The notes beneath the pieces are model-generated. The model saw only the letters and a list, made by a program, of their open reading frames with translations, searched no databases and was not told where the DNA came from. Of a stretch of 64,000 bases of DNA, positions 39,467 through 53,066 are shown piece after piece. This DNA is from Octopus sinensis (lineage: Eukaryota), in assembly GCF_006345805.1 (NCBI RefSeq), contig NC_043009.1, forward strand, positions 56,110,001-56,174,000, read 5' to 3'. The position numbers and the translations under genes were made by a program. The first letter of the stretch is position 1. Every line of letters starts with the position of its first letter.

Positions 39467-42084
39467 GAAGCTGCCCACTTTGTTGTTGTTTACATTTTTA
39501 CAATGAAATCCAAAGTGAAGCATTTGCTTTTATTCATCATCTTAACACCCATATTTCCATGTTCACATGGGTTGTGAGGTAAATTTTCTATGGCCAGACA
39601 TCTTTCCAACCTCCATCCTTCACCTCTTGGATTTCTCAGCCTGTATCCAGTGGAATATTGAAGCTGTAACAACTGGAAGAAAGTGGACTGCACCAGTATA
39701 CAACTGGTACTGATTTTAGCTGAGTAGACTGTAGCAATGCGAAATGAAGTGCTCTGTTCAAGGATACAATATACCACCCAATCGAAGGATTGAACCCACA
39801 ACATTATGATCATGAACTCAACAGCCTAACTACTAGGCCTCATGTCTCTACAAGACAGAGCTATGGAGAGAATTTAAAGATCTCATATTTCTAGCATAAT
39901 GATAATATGTTCTTAATTCTTTCAAGAATATTATTGTCTAAAGTGTTAATAAAAAAAAAAAAATGAAAAAGAAAAATTTGATATTAAACAACAATTTCTG
40001 TATATCTTTAACAACTTACAAATCCTGCCCCTTCAAAGATAAAATAAACTAATTGAAACTTTAATAGGTTTCAAATGATAACATCAGTCTGACGTGACAT
40101 ACAGCTGCCTAAAAGCAATATTCTCAGAATTGAAATAAATATCTTAATATAACAATTTATATGTAAGAAATAAAGCAGCAATAAAATGTAACACACACAC
40201 ACACACACAGCGCAAAGAACTGCAGTTTAAACCAACAAAGCATGAAATACATGGGACAGTCAGTAGCCTGAGGTTGAAAAGTAAGTTGTGGGACTATAGT
40301 AACAAAGTTCAGAAGTTCAAACCAAAACACTATCAGAATGAGGAGGGAGGAAGGGAGATGGCTTTTATTTATTTATTTATTATTTTTATATTATTTCTAA
40401 CCTCAAAACACACCCTTAAAACTAGTGTGGATACCAATGCTTATCAAATAGCAAGCTGGAGATTATTCCCAATAGACAGAATAGTGACAAGATGCCAAGC
40501 CTAATCTGAAAGAATTAGGAACACAGGAGGAGGTGCTGAAAGAAAATACTATAGCTTTGTAAATGAAGGAGGAGGCAGTAGCAGACAGAAGTTTAATACT
40601 CTGGCCTTGAGTTCCTTTGTAAAATGTAGATAAAAGATGTCTAAGAGACCTTAACAATTATTTTATCTTTCTTTCAATTGGGGCTGGTATAATAAACAAT
40701 ATGATCAATGATTTTACAAATTAATGAAATACCAAGCTACACAGCAGTTTATTCATATCCAGTTAGATTTTCATTAAATTTTCAACATAGGCACAAAGTG
40801 ACTGTGTGGTAAGAAGCATGCTTCCCAACCACATGGTTCCGGGTTCAGTCCCACTGCCCATGGCACCTTGGGCAAGTGTCAACTCTAGCCTTGGGCCAAC
40901 TTTGGTAGACAGAAACCAAAAGAAGCACGTTGCATATATATATATATATATATAGTCGTCTGCTGTTACGTTCTGAGTTTAAATTCTGCCGAGGTCGACT
41001 TTGCCTTTCATCCTTTTGGGGTCGATAAAATAAGTACCAGTTACGCACTGGAGTCGATGTAATTGACTTAATCCGTTTGTCTGTCCTTGTTTGTCCCCTC
41101 TATGTTTAGCCCCTTGTGGGCAATAAAGAAATATATATATGTATATATCTATGTGTGTGCGTCTTTGTATCTGTGTTTGTGCCCTCATCACTGCTTGAAA
41201 ACTGGTGTTGTTGTGTTTACATCCTCATAACTTAGCAGCTCAGCAAAAGAGACTTAAAAAATAAACCCTAGGATCAATCTGTTCAACTAAAACTAAAACC
41301 CCCCAAGGCAGTGCTCTAGCATGGCTGCAGCCAAATAGCTGAAACAAGTAAAAGAATAAAAGGAAAAGCATACATTATTATTAACCACGTAAAAAGCACC
41401 CACTACACTCACGGAGTGGTTGGCGTTAGGAAGGGCATCCAGCCGTAGAAACACTGCCAGATTTGACTGGGCCTGATGAAGCCTTCTGGCTTCACAGACC
41501 CCAGTAGAACCGTCCAACCCATGCTAGCATGGAAAACGGACGCTAAATGATGATGATGATGATGATGATGATATATATTTTCAAAAATCTTGAATTTTTC
41601 TAAAAAATGGTTCTACAGCAAGAAGTAACTTAACCCTTTTGATACCAAACCACCTGAGACACTGCTGCTGGTTCTGTGTTACAAATTTCCTGCTGAAAGT
41701 AATCTAAATTGAAGCCTTCCATCAAAACATGTTCCAAATTAACAAAGTTATTTTGCTAAATTCCTCATTTCAACTGAAATACGGCAACGAAATAGTTAAA
41801 AGGATTTTTTTTTTAATCATTAGATATATTCAATTCATACTTTTTTTTTTTCTTTAGTAAATTAAGATTTAAAAATACAAGAGATAAGTAATTTTAAAGA
41901 AAGTATTATGTATGAAAAATGTAACAAGCATTAGTCAAGAAGTCTACTCCTCAACAAATGGTTGTGGATTCAGTCAAATCGTGCAGCATCTTAAGCAGGT
42001 GTCTCCTACCATAGCATTGGACCAACAAAAGCTTTAGAGTGAATTTTGTAGAAACTGAAAGAAGCCTATTTTACACACACATAT

Positions 42085-43480
42085 ATTAGAGTGAGAATTT
42101 ACAAAAAAACAAAAGACGAAGACGGTTGTGTAAACAACAAACAGATGGATTAGTTTAACGCTCGAGAAGTGAGAAACTCTTTTACGTTTCGAGCCTATAC
42201 TCTTTGACAGAAAGGAACGCAGAAATAAACAGGGAGAGAAAATAGAAAAAGGTTTAGTGGCTAGCGATCTATCATGGCAAATGCCTAACAAAGAGGTCAC
42301 ACAGGAGAGCTAGGAAGAAGGGGAGATAATAAAGTAGTGGTGATCCCAAAACGAAGGTACATGTGCATGTGTATGTGAAAGCATGAATGTGCATGTGGAA
42401 GGCAGCTGGTGATGTTGATGTGTGCGTGTGCATGTGTAGGTGTGTGGATGATGGTGTAGGTGCCGGGAAGTGGTCAGTGCTAGTGTGTGCAGAGTGGTGT
42501 CATGTGGTGTGGTATTGGGGTGTGGGGGAGGCGAGAGTGGGAGAAGCAAGGGTGGGGGTCTAAAGGATGGGGTGGAGGTGGGACGGGATGTATAGGGATG
42601 GTGGGGTTGGAATATGTAGGAGTGGGGTAATGAGGGATGTGGTGACGAAGGGAGCTGGGTAAGAGTGAAGAGAGAAAGTAGGTGCCAGAGCAAGAGGAGA
42701 GGTGGGTGGGAGGAAGTAGGTGTGAGAGGAAGAGAGGAGGGGGTTAGATGAAGAGGGGAGGAAAGTTGAGCCCATGTGGTTCAAAGAAGTGCTCATGGCA
42801 AAGACAGCTGTGCAAGCAAGGACAATCCAAACAAAGACAAGTGTTGTAAAGAGTGACCAGTAGAGTGGAAATGGTGCAAGACTGGGGTGTCGTTGCCGAT
42901 TTGGATGTCTCAGAAGTGTTCCGCAAACCGGCCAGCCAAGCAGCGTCCCATTTGACCTATAGAAGGACAGAGAGAGCAGGAGATGCAGTAGATGATGTTG
43001 CTAGAAGTGCAGGTAAAGGAGTCAGTGATATACGATAGGGTCAATGACGGGTGCCCATGAGGAGGGTGGTGTTGGAGAGGTAAGGGCAAGTGTGGCAGTG
43101 TGGGCGGGAGCAGGGGAACTAGCTGGGTTGGGAGGTTGGGTTAGGGAAGAAGCTATGGATCAAGAGGTCTCGTTTGAAGGAGGGGAGATGTGCAAAGTGG
43201 AGGGGTCGAACTGGAAGGCTCCGAGAATGGTGCACTGGAGAGGTAGAGTGGTGGGTGAGGGGAAATGGGAGACGGCGGGGCAGGTGAGAACAGATGCACG
43301 GTCCACAGAACATGCTCTGGCAAGGGCAGTGTGGATAGTGGTGAGGGGATATCCACATAGGATGAAATGGTGAGTCATGAGTTGAGACAGAGTGTCAAAG
43401 TCATGGTTGTCACCGCAGAGCCTGCGTAACGAAGGAATTGGGAATAGGGGAAGGAGAGCCTGGTGTGCTTAGGGTGGGAG
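42085..43480 (-). mobile_element. 5'-truncated Penelope-like retroelement (RT C-terminus, GIY-YIG endonuclease, 3' UTR/pLTR)
   Basis: Minus-strand translation: FPYSQFLR (RT end) and ITDSFTCTSSNIIYCISCSLCPSIGQMGRCLAGRFAEHF*DIQIGNDTPVLHHFHSTGHS..FFEPHGLNF (PLE GIY-YIG with CxxC). Frameshifted. Confidence 0.9.
42179..42214 (-). ncRNA. Degenerate Penelope hammerhead ribozyme
   Basis: cuuu CUGUCAA a GAG-uauagg-CUC GAAA CGU A aaag. Geometry is intact, but the core differs from CUGANGA at two positions. Confidence 0.5.
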
Positions 43481-43489
43481 GAGGAGAAG

Positions 43490-43880
43490 GGCATGGCTGT
43501 ATGGTAAGAAGTTTGCTTCCCAACCACCCTGTTGCAGGATCAGTCCTGCTATTTGGCACTTTGGCCATGTGTCTTCTACTATAGACTCGGGCAGACTTGT
43601 GAGTGAATTTGGTAGATGGAACCTCAAAGAAGCCTGGTCATATATATAGATAGATAGATATATGAGCGTGTGTCTTTGTGTCTGTCCCCTACTAGAGAAC
43701 CAGTGTCAATGTGTTCATGTCCCCATAACTTAGCAGTTCAGCAAAAGAGACCAACAGAATAAGCACCAGGCTTTAAAAAAGCAAAGTGCTGGGGTCAATT
43801 TATTCAATGAAAAAAATTCTTCAAAGCAGTGCCCCAGCATGACCTGTCTAATGACTGAACCAAGTAAAAGATAAAAGATA
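43490..43880 (+). mobile_element. Older CORE-like SINE copy
   Basis: Head ggcatggctgtatggtaagaagtttgcttcccaacc, tail tgactgaaccaagtaaaagataaaaga. Confidence 0.8.
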
Positions 43881-44257
43881 TATATATGTACACACACACA
43901 TATATATATATATACATATACACACACACATTAAAAAAAAAATTTTCAGTCTTGATTCAAATTAGGCATGACTGCAAGAACAAATACAATAATTCTAAAA
44001 CAATAACTAAGAGAAAATCTATGTACTTCTAACGTCTCTTAGTTTTTATATCAGCTTCTGATGAGTACAAATATGACTATTACGATTTTCTATTTATGAA
44101 TATCTGAGTCTTTTTGCATGAAACAAACTGTATAGCAACATGAAAAATAAAAAAACTATAATCCATTTTAACATTTAATCTCCTCCATCACATAAATATG
44201 AATGAATTTGTTGAACTTTGTTTAATAAGTTAAATCATATACTGATAATTTCTAAAT

Positions 44258-44671
44258 AGGAGTGGCTGTGTGGTAAGTAGCTTGCTAACCAACCACATGG
44301 TTCCGGGTTCAGTCCCACTGCGTGGCATCTTGGGCAAGTGTCTTCTGCTATAGCCCCGGGCCGACCAATGCCTTGTGAGTGGATTTGGTAGACGGAAACT
44401 GAAAGAAGCCTGTCGTATATATGTATATATATATATGTATGTGTGTGTGTTTGTGTGTCTGTGTTTGTTCCCCTAGCATTGCTGGACAACCGATGCTGGT
44501 GTGTTTACGTCCCCGTCACTTAGCGGTTCGGCAAAAAGAGACCGATAGAATAAGTACTGGGCTTACAAAAAGAATGAGTCCCGGGGTCGAGTTGCTCGAC
44601 TAAAAGGCGGTGCTCCAGCATGGCCGCAGTCAAAATGACTGAAACAAGTAAAAGAATAAAAGAATAAAAGA

Positions 44672-44672
<1 letters not shown>
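44258..44672 (+). mobile_element. Young full-length CORE-like SINE
   Basis: Two differences (both at CpG sites) from the reverse complement of the 24271-24698 copy over the first ~150 nt; tail (aaagaat)n. Confidence 0.9.
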
Positions 44673-44716
<44 letters not shown>

Positions 44717-47700
44717 CACATATATATATATATATACACATGTATGTATATATAAAATATATATGTGCATGCATTTGTGTGTGATGGTTGTATACAAGCA
44801 TCACCATCATATATATGATGTCTTCATTTTCACTCTTTCATGAAAATATGTCCAGTGATGGGGAAAATATTACTTTTTCTATTTGGCTGCACCTGAAGAA
44901 ATTTTAAAATTTGATGTATTGATGTAATTTTCTGCACTTAATCTCAGAAAAGTTTTATTGATTTATAGTGAAAATGAATTTCATGTCTATGATTAGCATA
45001 CAAAACTATACCAAAACACCAAATATAAAATCAACTGGAACAAAAATTGAAGAAATTGAAAAGTGACAGCCATAACAGGAAAGATTTCAAGTGATTGCTG
45101 GTGACAGAAAGAGCAGATGTGACCATAGAGAATCAACAAATTCCACCAGAAAAAGTGCACATTAAAATAATGATGATGAATTATGTACAAAAAAGGCTTT
45201 ATGAAACCAAGAAAATGAAAGGTTAATAGTGACCTATTGTTTTTGTCATTATTTTCAAAATTAATTGAAAATTGAAACAAAGACAGTGTATTTCAACAGA
45301 AATATGATACAGAGAGGGTTAAACGAATGTTTTATAGCATTACCAGAGGGCCAGAGAGAGATATTCTAATGCAATAAAACAGAGGGACAAAGAGATTTTC
45401 ACTTAGATTTAGAATGATCAAAAATAGAACACAGCTGGCTAGCTTAAGTTTGTTCTCTGACCCCTGCAATTAAAATGTATGCTATCTCTGACACTGAATT
45501 CCAACAAAGTTTACTTATCTCAAGTTGGCAGTAAACTTTAAGGAAAATGAAGCAGCTTTAACTACTGACCCAATACATGGTTCTGCAGTCCAACTAACTC
45601 AATGAAGCACTAGAAATATTTATAACATTTAAATATATTTAAAACATATTTAGTCTCTCACAATGAAATGGCAAAACCAAAATGTGGGTTGCCAATTCTG
45701 TTCTCCAGGTTTTAAATAACTTGACTACAGAAAGGATCTGAACTTTAAAACTAAATATAATAATGTAAAGTATTTAGTTTAGATCTCAATTGTCATTTTA
45801 CTTAATAATAATTGTTTTTAATTTAGGCAGAAAACTTGCAATTTTGGAGTAGAGTGCTTACACTGCCAAGACATGGCCTTGCAGTAAAGAATTTTGTTTC
45901 GCAACTATATGGTATTTAGTTCAGTCCTACCACACAGCACTTTGGGGAAGTGTTTTCCACTATAGCCCCAGGCTAATCTAATCCTTAGGAATGCATTTGA
46001 CAGACAGAAACTCTGTAGAAGCCTCATACACACATATAGCAACCACTTTTTGATGCTTGCACTGGACAGACAGAATTTATTGAGGCAGTTTTTCTATGGT
46101 TGAATGCTCTTCCTGTCACCAACTCAATATATTTCCAAGTAAAGTTCCCCATGACCAGATATATTTTTCACAGAAGACTGGAAACAATCAATGTTGCTTG
46201 CATGAAACTGATGCTCATTTACACCCATTACATGCCAAGATGAGGGTATACACACACACACATATATACAACAGGTTTCTTTCAGTTTCCATCTACTAAT
46301 TCCATTCACTAGGCCTTGATCGGCCTAGGGTTATAGTTGAAGATACTTGCCCAGGAAGCTGTGCAGTGAAGTTGAACCCTAGACTACAAAGTTGGGAAGC
46401 AAGCTTCTCAGCCATACACCAACACCTGTGTGTGTGAGTGTGCATGCATGTGCATGTACATGCACACTGTCGTTACTCCACTGCCTGACAACCAATATTG
46501 GTTTGTTTGTATCCTTACAATTTAACATGAGCAGCAAAAAACACAAAAGAAAATACAATAGAAAAAGCACCAGACTTGAAATAAAAGTCCTGGGCTAAGT
46601 TTGTTTGAATAAACCATTCAAGGCTGTGCTCTATATCATGGCTACAGTACAATAACAAATTATGAATTAAATTAAAAGTCAATCTAAGCATTTTAAAAAA
46701 ATCTGCCTTAAGGTCAAGACCCACCCATCCCAAACACCTTTTTTAAAGCTATTTTAATTACAAACACCTGAAGACATTTTAATAAGCAGGTAGTGGAGTT
46801 ATGGCAACAAAACATCTTTAATTCTGCTGTTGTCAAATGAAAGCCCACCCTACCTGTCAATTTGATAAAAAGGTCAGAAAATCGTTTTTGGAATAGGTCA
46901 ATCTGGCCAGTTTTTCTCCCTGTCTTATATTTGATGTGGGTTAGTGGTTAGGGTGTTGAGTCTACTATGAATCATTAAAGTCATGCGTTTCAAAACAATT
47001 TTCTGTCATAAGTGTATGGCTAAGAAGCTCACTTTGCAACCATGTGGTTTTGGGTTCAGTCTCACTGTATGGCAGCTTGGGCAAGTGTTTTTTTTTTTTC
47101 TATAACCCCAGGGTGACCAATGACTTGTGAATGAGCTTTGTAGACAAAAATTGTGCTGAAGCCTCTCTGTGAGTATGCTGGTTTGTTTACATCTTTACAA
47201 ACCCGTAAATTAGTAGCTGAGTAAAAGAGACAGAAAGAATAACTACCAGACTTATAAAACAGATGCAGGCATAGTTGTTTACCTACAAATGCGTTGTTTC
47301 ACTTTAAGGATGCTTATTTACTCAGCCATTATATTTTGATTGTTGTCCATTGTTTCAAATATGTTTTAGCATTGTTGTTCTAGCCTTTTTTAAACAATCA
47401 CTCACATATGATTCGTCCCAAAGAATTAACCTTTAAATAAGAGTTTTGCTTCACTAGTGAAAGCTGTATGTATCTTTCAGAAAGCTCCATACCTATTTAA
47501 CCTTATGTAGCATTCACTGTTAATTTATGCGCAGGACATGTGGGAAGACAGAATAAAGGGGCTTTTGTTAGCTTATCTCTCCAAAAAATAGCTTCCTTTG
47601 CTGTTGAAAAAAAAAAAACTCACAGAGGGGAAGTTTCAAAGTCTTCCTTCAATTTCCTTACACCATTTATGTGGCTGTTTCTGACAAGACATTTCGCTTT

Positions 47701-50184
47701 CATGTTAAACAACTATATTTTGTAGTCATTATCCATAATCTACTCCCAAAACACTTCAGTAGTTCTACTTTGCATCACTTGCAAACTTTTATGTTCTATG
47801 ATCATTAAAGTGCAATGACCTCTACAATAACCAGCCATCAATTTGATTTTCCGTACCTAGGTTAATCGAAAACATAGATTGCCGTACTACTCATAAACCT
47901 TCCCAGTAGTTCAATTATTTAGTGAAAAAAATACCACCAAAGCAACTTAAACCATCCAAAGGACAGGTAGATTTGCTAGTATACAAATATATATGACGGG
48001 CTTAAAAAGCACCATTTGAGTGTGACCGTTGCCAGTACCGCCTGACTGGCCCTCATGCCGGTAGCACGTAAAAGCACCCACTACACTCTCGGAGTGGTTG
48101 GCGTTAGGAAGGGCATCCAGCTGTAGAAACTCTGCCAGATCAGATTGGAGTCTGGTGCAGACCTCAGTCAAATCATCCAACCCATGCTAACATGGAAAGC
48201 GGATGTTAAACGATGATGATGATGGGCTTCTTTCAGTTTTTGTCTACCAAATCTACTCACAGGCTTTGGTCAGCCCAGGGTTATCGTAAAAGATGACACA
48301 CAGTGAGACTGAACTCAAAACCACATAGTTGGGAAGCAAACTTCTTAATCATCAGTTTGAAAGTTTGTACTGAGGCCAAAATGTATGTTTTGTAATGTGA
48401 AAATAGTTGCTCCATCTACAATGCCTGACAGATATTTTAGACTTTTCAAAGAGTCAACGTCTGTAATAAGCAGTGTTGTGTTAACTTCAGTAGTTTGACA
48501 AGAACTAATGATATTTGCAGGAATAATTGTCATTTGATACACTTAATGTAACTTTCAATTCTCAGAGAATATAGAAAGAAACCACTTGAAATGTTTTAGT
48601 ATATATGCACTGAAATCATTTGAAAGCTTTCTCGACAATTCCAGTTCCTTTAAGTTAATTATACATATTCAGTTCCTTGTAGTGATATATGACATTTATA
48701 AGAAAAAAAAATTATATTGTACTGAAACATAATGGACTGATATTAACTGCAAAATCTGTCAGTACCAAATAAGTTTCATAGATGAAACATTTGAAAATAA
48801 TAATGCTAAAGATTAAATTTGGTTTCTCAAAAGAGTGGCTGTTAATTATAGATGTTCTCAGTATAATTTTGAAACTAAGACATTACAATGCAGTATTGTA
48901 CTATGGAATGTAATAGTTTACACAATATTGAATAAAATCTCTCTATATATCCTACAGTACAAATTAGCACCAGAACACATCGTTAAATCGCCAGTAATTT
49001 ATTAACCGAACTAGCTGTCAAGAATGTATTAAACATTCAACCCTTTTCATACTAATGTGCCTGAAACCACTTTTGGTTCTATGTTATAAATTTCCTGTTT
49101 TAAAAGCAACTAAATTAGATCTTCCATCAAAAATTTTGTCGTAGTTTATGTTCCCGATACCAGATTAATAATGACAAAATTTACTGAAACAAAGGCTGTG
49201 TATTTCAACAAGAAAGTAATAACAAGAAGAGTTAAATCAGTCTATCCAATTTATTAAGCCTTTAATAATAGTGGGTTTATAAGCAATATCAATATGGATA
49301 GTTAAAGTCAATACTCAGTTGCTGATGAAACTAACTTGATTGATCATATTCTAACCACAAAGATATTCTAGTGTATACAAGACTATTATATATGGTATTG
49401 GCTAAAAATATAATACAGTTATAATCTATTGTCCCATTCACAAGAATGGTCATTTCTGAGGTTCAATCCCACTGCACAGTACACCTTGGACAATTGTCTT
49501 CTACTACAGCCTTGGGCCAACTAATGCTTTGTATATGAAATTGTTAAAAATTCTTAGAGAAGCAAGTCTATCATTTTAATGTTAACTTTTCCATGCTCGC
49601 ATAGGCCAGACAGGATTTCCTGCAGTAAATTATCTACAGTAGGATGCCCTTCCTGTCACAAACCCTCACTGTATCCAATTAGTCCATTAGTCTGGACGTT
49701 TCTGTGGGAGATTGCAAACAGCACCACCATTTGTATGACAGTAATACTTGTCTGCAATTAGTATGCATTGTCGAGACATAGGAGACATAAATACATACAC
49801 ATTAATATGTACATGCACGCACACACCTATATATCTATACACACAATGGGGCTTCTTTTCAGTTTCTGTTTACCAAATTCCTTTACAAGGCAGTTGGCTC
49901 AGGGATGTAATAGAACACATTTGCCTACGGTACAATGCAGTATGATGGAGCTGAAAATCACATGGCCACAAAACACACAGAAGTACCTGCACCATTTTTT
50001 TGTGTGTGCATATTTATATGTATGTTTTAACATTCACTTTTGTATGCTTGCTAAGGTCAGACAATCTAGTTGATATTTTTTGATGTTAAAAAAGACTTTT
50101 ATTTTTGAAGGGGATTTTCAGTTTTTTTTTCTTCTTTTTATGCAAACTGTCGACTTTAGCCCTAACACCCTGTGTGTGTGTATC

Positions 50185-51015
50185 ATCATCATCGTTTAAT
50201 GTCCACTTGCCATGCTAGCACGGGTTGGACGATTTGACTGAGGACTGGCGAACCAGTTGGCTGCACCAGACGCCAATCCGATCTGGCAGAGTTTCTACAG
50301 CTGGATGCCCGTCCTAACACCAACCACTCCAAGAGTGTAGCGGGTGCTTTTACATGCCACCGGCACAAGGACCAGTCAGTTGGTACTAACAACAGCCACA
50401 CTTAAATGGTGTTTTTTACGTGCCACCTGCACGGAAGCCAGTTCAGCAGCACTGGCAACAACTTTGCTCAAATGTTTTTTCATGTGCCACCAGCACAAAT
50501 GCCAGTAAAGCGACGCTAGTAACGATCATGCTTGAATAGTACTTTTTACGTGCCACTGGCATGGAAGCCAGTTAGCTTCTCTGGCAACGATCACACTTGG
50601 ATGGTGCTCCACTAGCACAGATGCCAGTCATCGAATTTGATTTCGATTTCACTTGCCTCAACAGGTCTTCACAAGCAGAGTTTAGTGTCCAATGAAGGAA
50701 AGGTATGCATAAGTGGGCTGGTTACACTCCTGGCATAGGCCACGAGGTTATGGTCTCACTTGGCTTGCCGGATCTTCTCAAACACAGCATATTTCCAAAG
50801 GTCTTGGTCACTAGTCATTGCCTCGGTGAGGCCTAATGTTCGAAGTCATGCTTCACCACTTCATCCCAGGTCTTCCTGGGTCTACCTCTTCCACAGGTTC
50901 CCTCAACCGCTAGGGTGTGGCACTTTTTCACACAGCTATCCTCATCCATTCCCGCCACATGACCATACCAGCGCAGTCGTCTCTCTTACACACCACATCT
51001 GATGCATCTTAGATT
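50185..51015 (-). mobile_element. 5'-truncated RTE LINE with ORF C-terminus, 3' UTR minisatellite and (GAT)n tail
   Basis: Minus-strand ERRLRWYGHVAGMDEDSCVKKCHTLAVEGTCGRGRPRKTWDEVVKHDFRTLGLTEAMTSDQDLWKYAV matches RTE RLRWxGHV..GRGRPRKTW. The 3' end equals the abundant short CAT-tailed repeats. Confidence 0.9.
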
Positions 51016-53066
51016 CAACTTTTTTCAGAAAGTTAGCTCCAAGCAATCCATAGTAAATATATAAAAAACAACTTTCAGGAACAAATATATATATATAATG
51101 CATTATTCCGTGATAGAAAATTCAACAAAAAAGGTACTCCATCTGCTGAGAAATATATGGGCTTTTTTCAGCTTGTCTACCAAATTCACTTATAAAGCTT
51201 TATATGTGTGTGTGTGTGTGTAGTACATGCGTGTCTTTGTCTCATATCCACCGCTTAACAACCTGTGTAAACACATACCCGTAACTAGGAGGTTCGGTAA
51301 AAGAAACCAATAGAATATGTGCGAAGCTTAAAAAAAGGTGCTGGGATCGATTTGTTAAACATTTTGCATGGTAGTGCCCCAGCATGGCCACGGTCTAAGA
51401 CTGAAACAAGTAAAAGATACAGATAGAGAGAGAGAGAGAGACAAACGCACAAACTTATATATTAGGCATACATACGCAAGTGTCCCTCCCAACACCGACT
51501 TTGTTTCCTCATAACTTTCAGGAAAATACATATTTTATAAAATTTTATACAATTACTTTTCATATACTGTAGATACCAATTATAACAGGATTTGTTGTGA
51601 AAAATATCTTTGAAGCTGGAGAGGGGAATTTTTGCATAATTCGCCCGAATCAACTTTTAGAAAAATGGGTATTTTTTGATAAAATTTTCTACAAATATTT
51701 TTCAGTCAATACGCATTTCTGTGTACTAAAATACACTTAAAAACATTGGTCAATCCGAAACTACAATAAAAGACACATTCCCAGAGTGTCACGCAGTGGG
51801 ACTGAACTCAGAACCACGTGGTTGCGAAGTGAACGTCTTAATCACGTAGTCATATCTGTACCTGCAGATATGTGTTAGATTATACAAACTATTTAGTGAA
51901 AATAATAATAACTCAACGAAATATGTACCAAAACTGAAACGAATTGACCGCAGTTATGCTACGGAAAATTAAGGGATGGGTACGATTAAAATCCTTTGAA
52001 AGGCGTGCCCCAGCATGAAACAGTAAAAGAATATATTGCAGAAAATAACTGAATATTAATTTTCTTAATCAGTACAGCGTATAATTTAACAAAGCTAACG
52101 AGGCGGTTTCATGTTTGCCGATGCTATTGTATCCATGGCAGAGATGAAGAATACGTACACCACCCGTTTTTGGCGTGACCCTAAAACCAACCCCTAAACA
52201 CCGGGTGTGCGTATTCTTTAGCTTCGCCTGTACACATATATTCATCTCACACAAAGTTGTAGTGTTGACTTCGTATATCGTTTAGTTCATCGACTTCGAA
52301 TGAATGAAAGATTAAGTAGATCTCGGCGGGACGTAGATGCAGAGTACAGAAGAACGGATTTAAAGACGTGTTCCTATATCTGTCGTGCAGTTTGTATTGG
52401 TCACGTTTAAAATTCTTGTCGGAGAAGTAATTAATTATGTGGTGTAACATGTGTAAGCTATAAAACTAAGTCATGTGTATGTATGATAAAGCGTCTTCCA
52501 CTGCAACATAACATGTGATATCATCATACCATAGTAGTTTACGAGCCAGCGACGGGAATCTATTAATGATCGTGTGACGTGGTAGAGATAATAACCAAAT
52601 CTCCTTAAAAATTACCGTTATAAAACCAAATTACATGAGATAATTTAGTTCGGAATACACTATGCCTGAAAACAAGAGGAGCATGACGACCATAGCTGAA
52701 ATGGTTTTGATCATAGATCTTTTATCAGGACCGATCTGGGACTAAACAATAACAGCAGGATAATAGTTTATGATATATCTCCATAATATATACACTAGTG
52801 ATTCAACATTGAAGTATTGATGAGGAAAAAAGCTGATGTGACAACGAAATGATGACGGTTATTTTAATATTCTGCCGAATGCCGTAAATGTTACAAAAGA
52901 GAAACTAAAACCGATGACAAACGTTACTAATTAAGCAAACTACGGCACAGTTGTACTTTAAACTAAGTTTAATATTTACTTCAACTACTGTTTTATGATT
53001 ACTTATCAACATCACACGCACAGATGCTGTGTAACTTGGTTTAATTAGCGAAAGACAAGCACTCAC

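Noticed and set aside
48345-48542. Protein-like 65-aa minus-strand ORF (TIIPANIISSCQTTEVNTTLL..)
   Set aside because: Weak acceptor and donor, no recognisable motif, and no phase link to other exons.
50345-50630. CRISPR-like repeat array
   Set aside because: The units are diverged tandem repeats without unique spacers, inside a LINE 3' UTR of a eukaryotic genome with no cas genes.
52247-52450. 67-aa minus-strand ORF in the CpG-rich zone
   Set aside because: CpG-retaining sequence has fewer stops, the opposite strand is similarly open, and there is no family resemblance.
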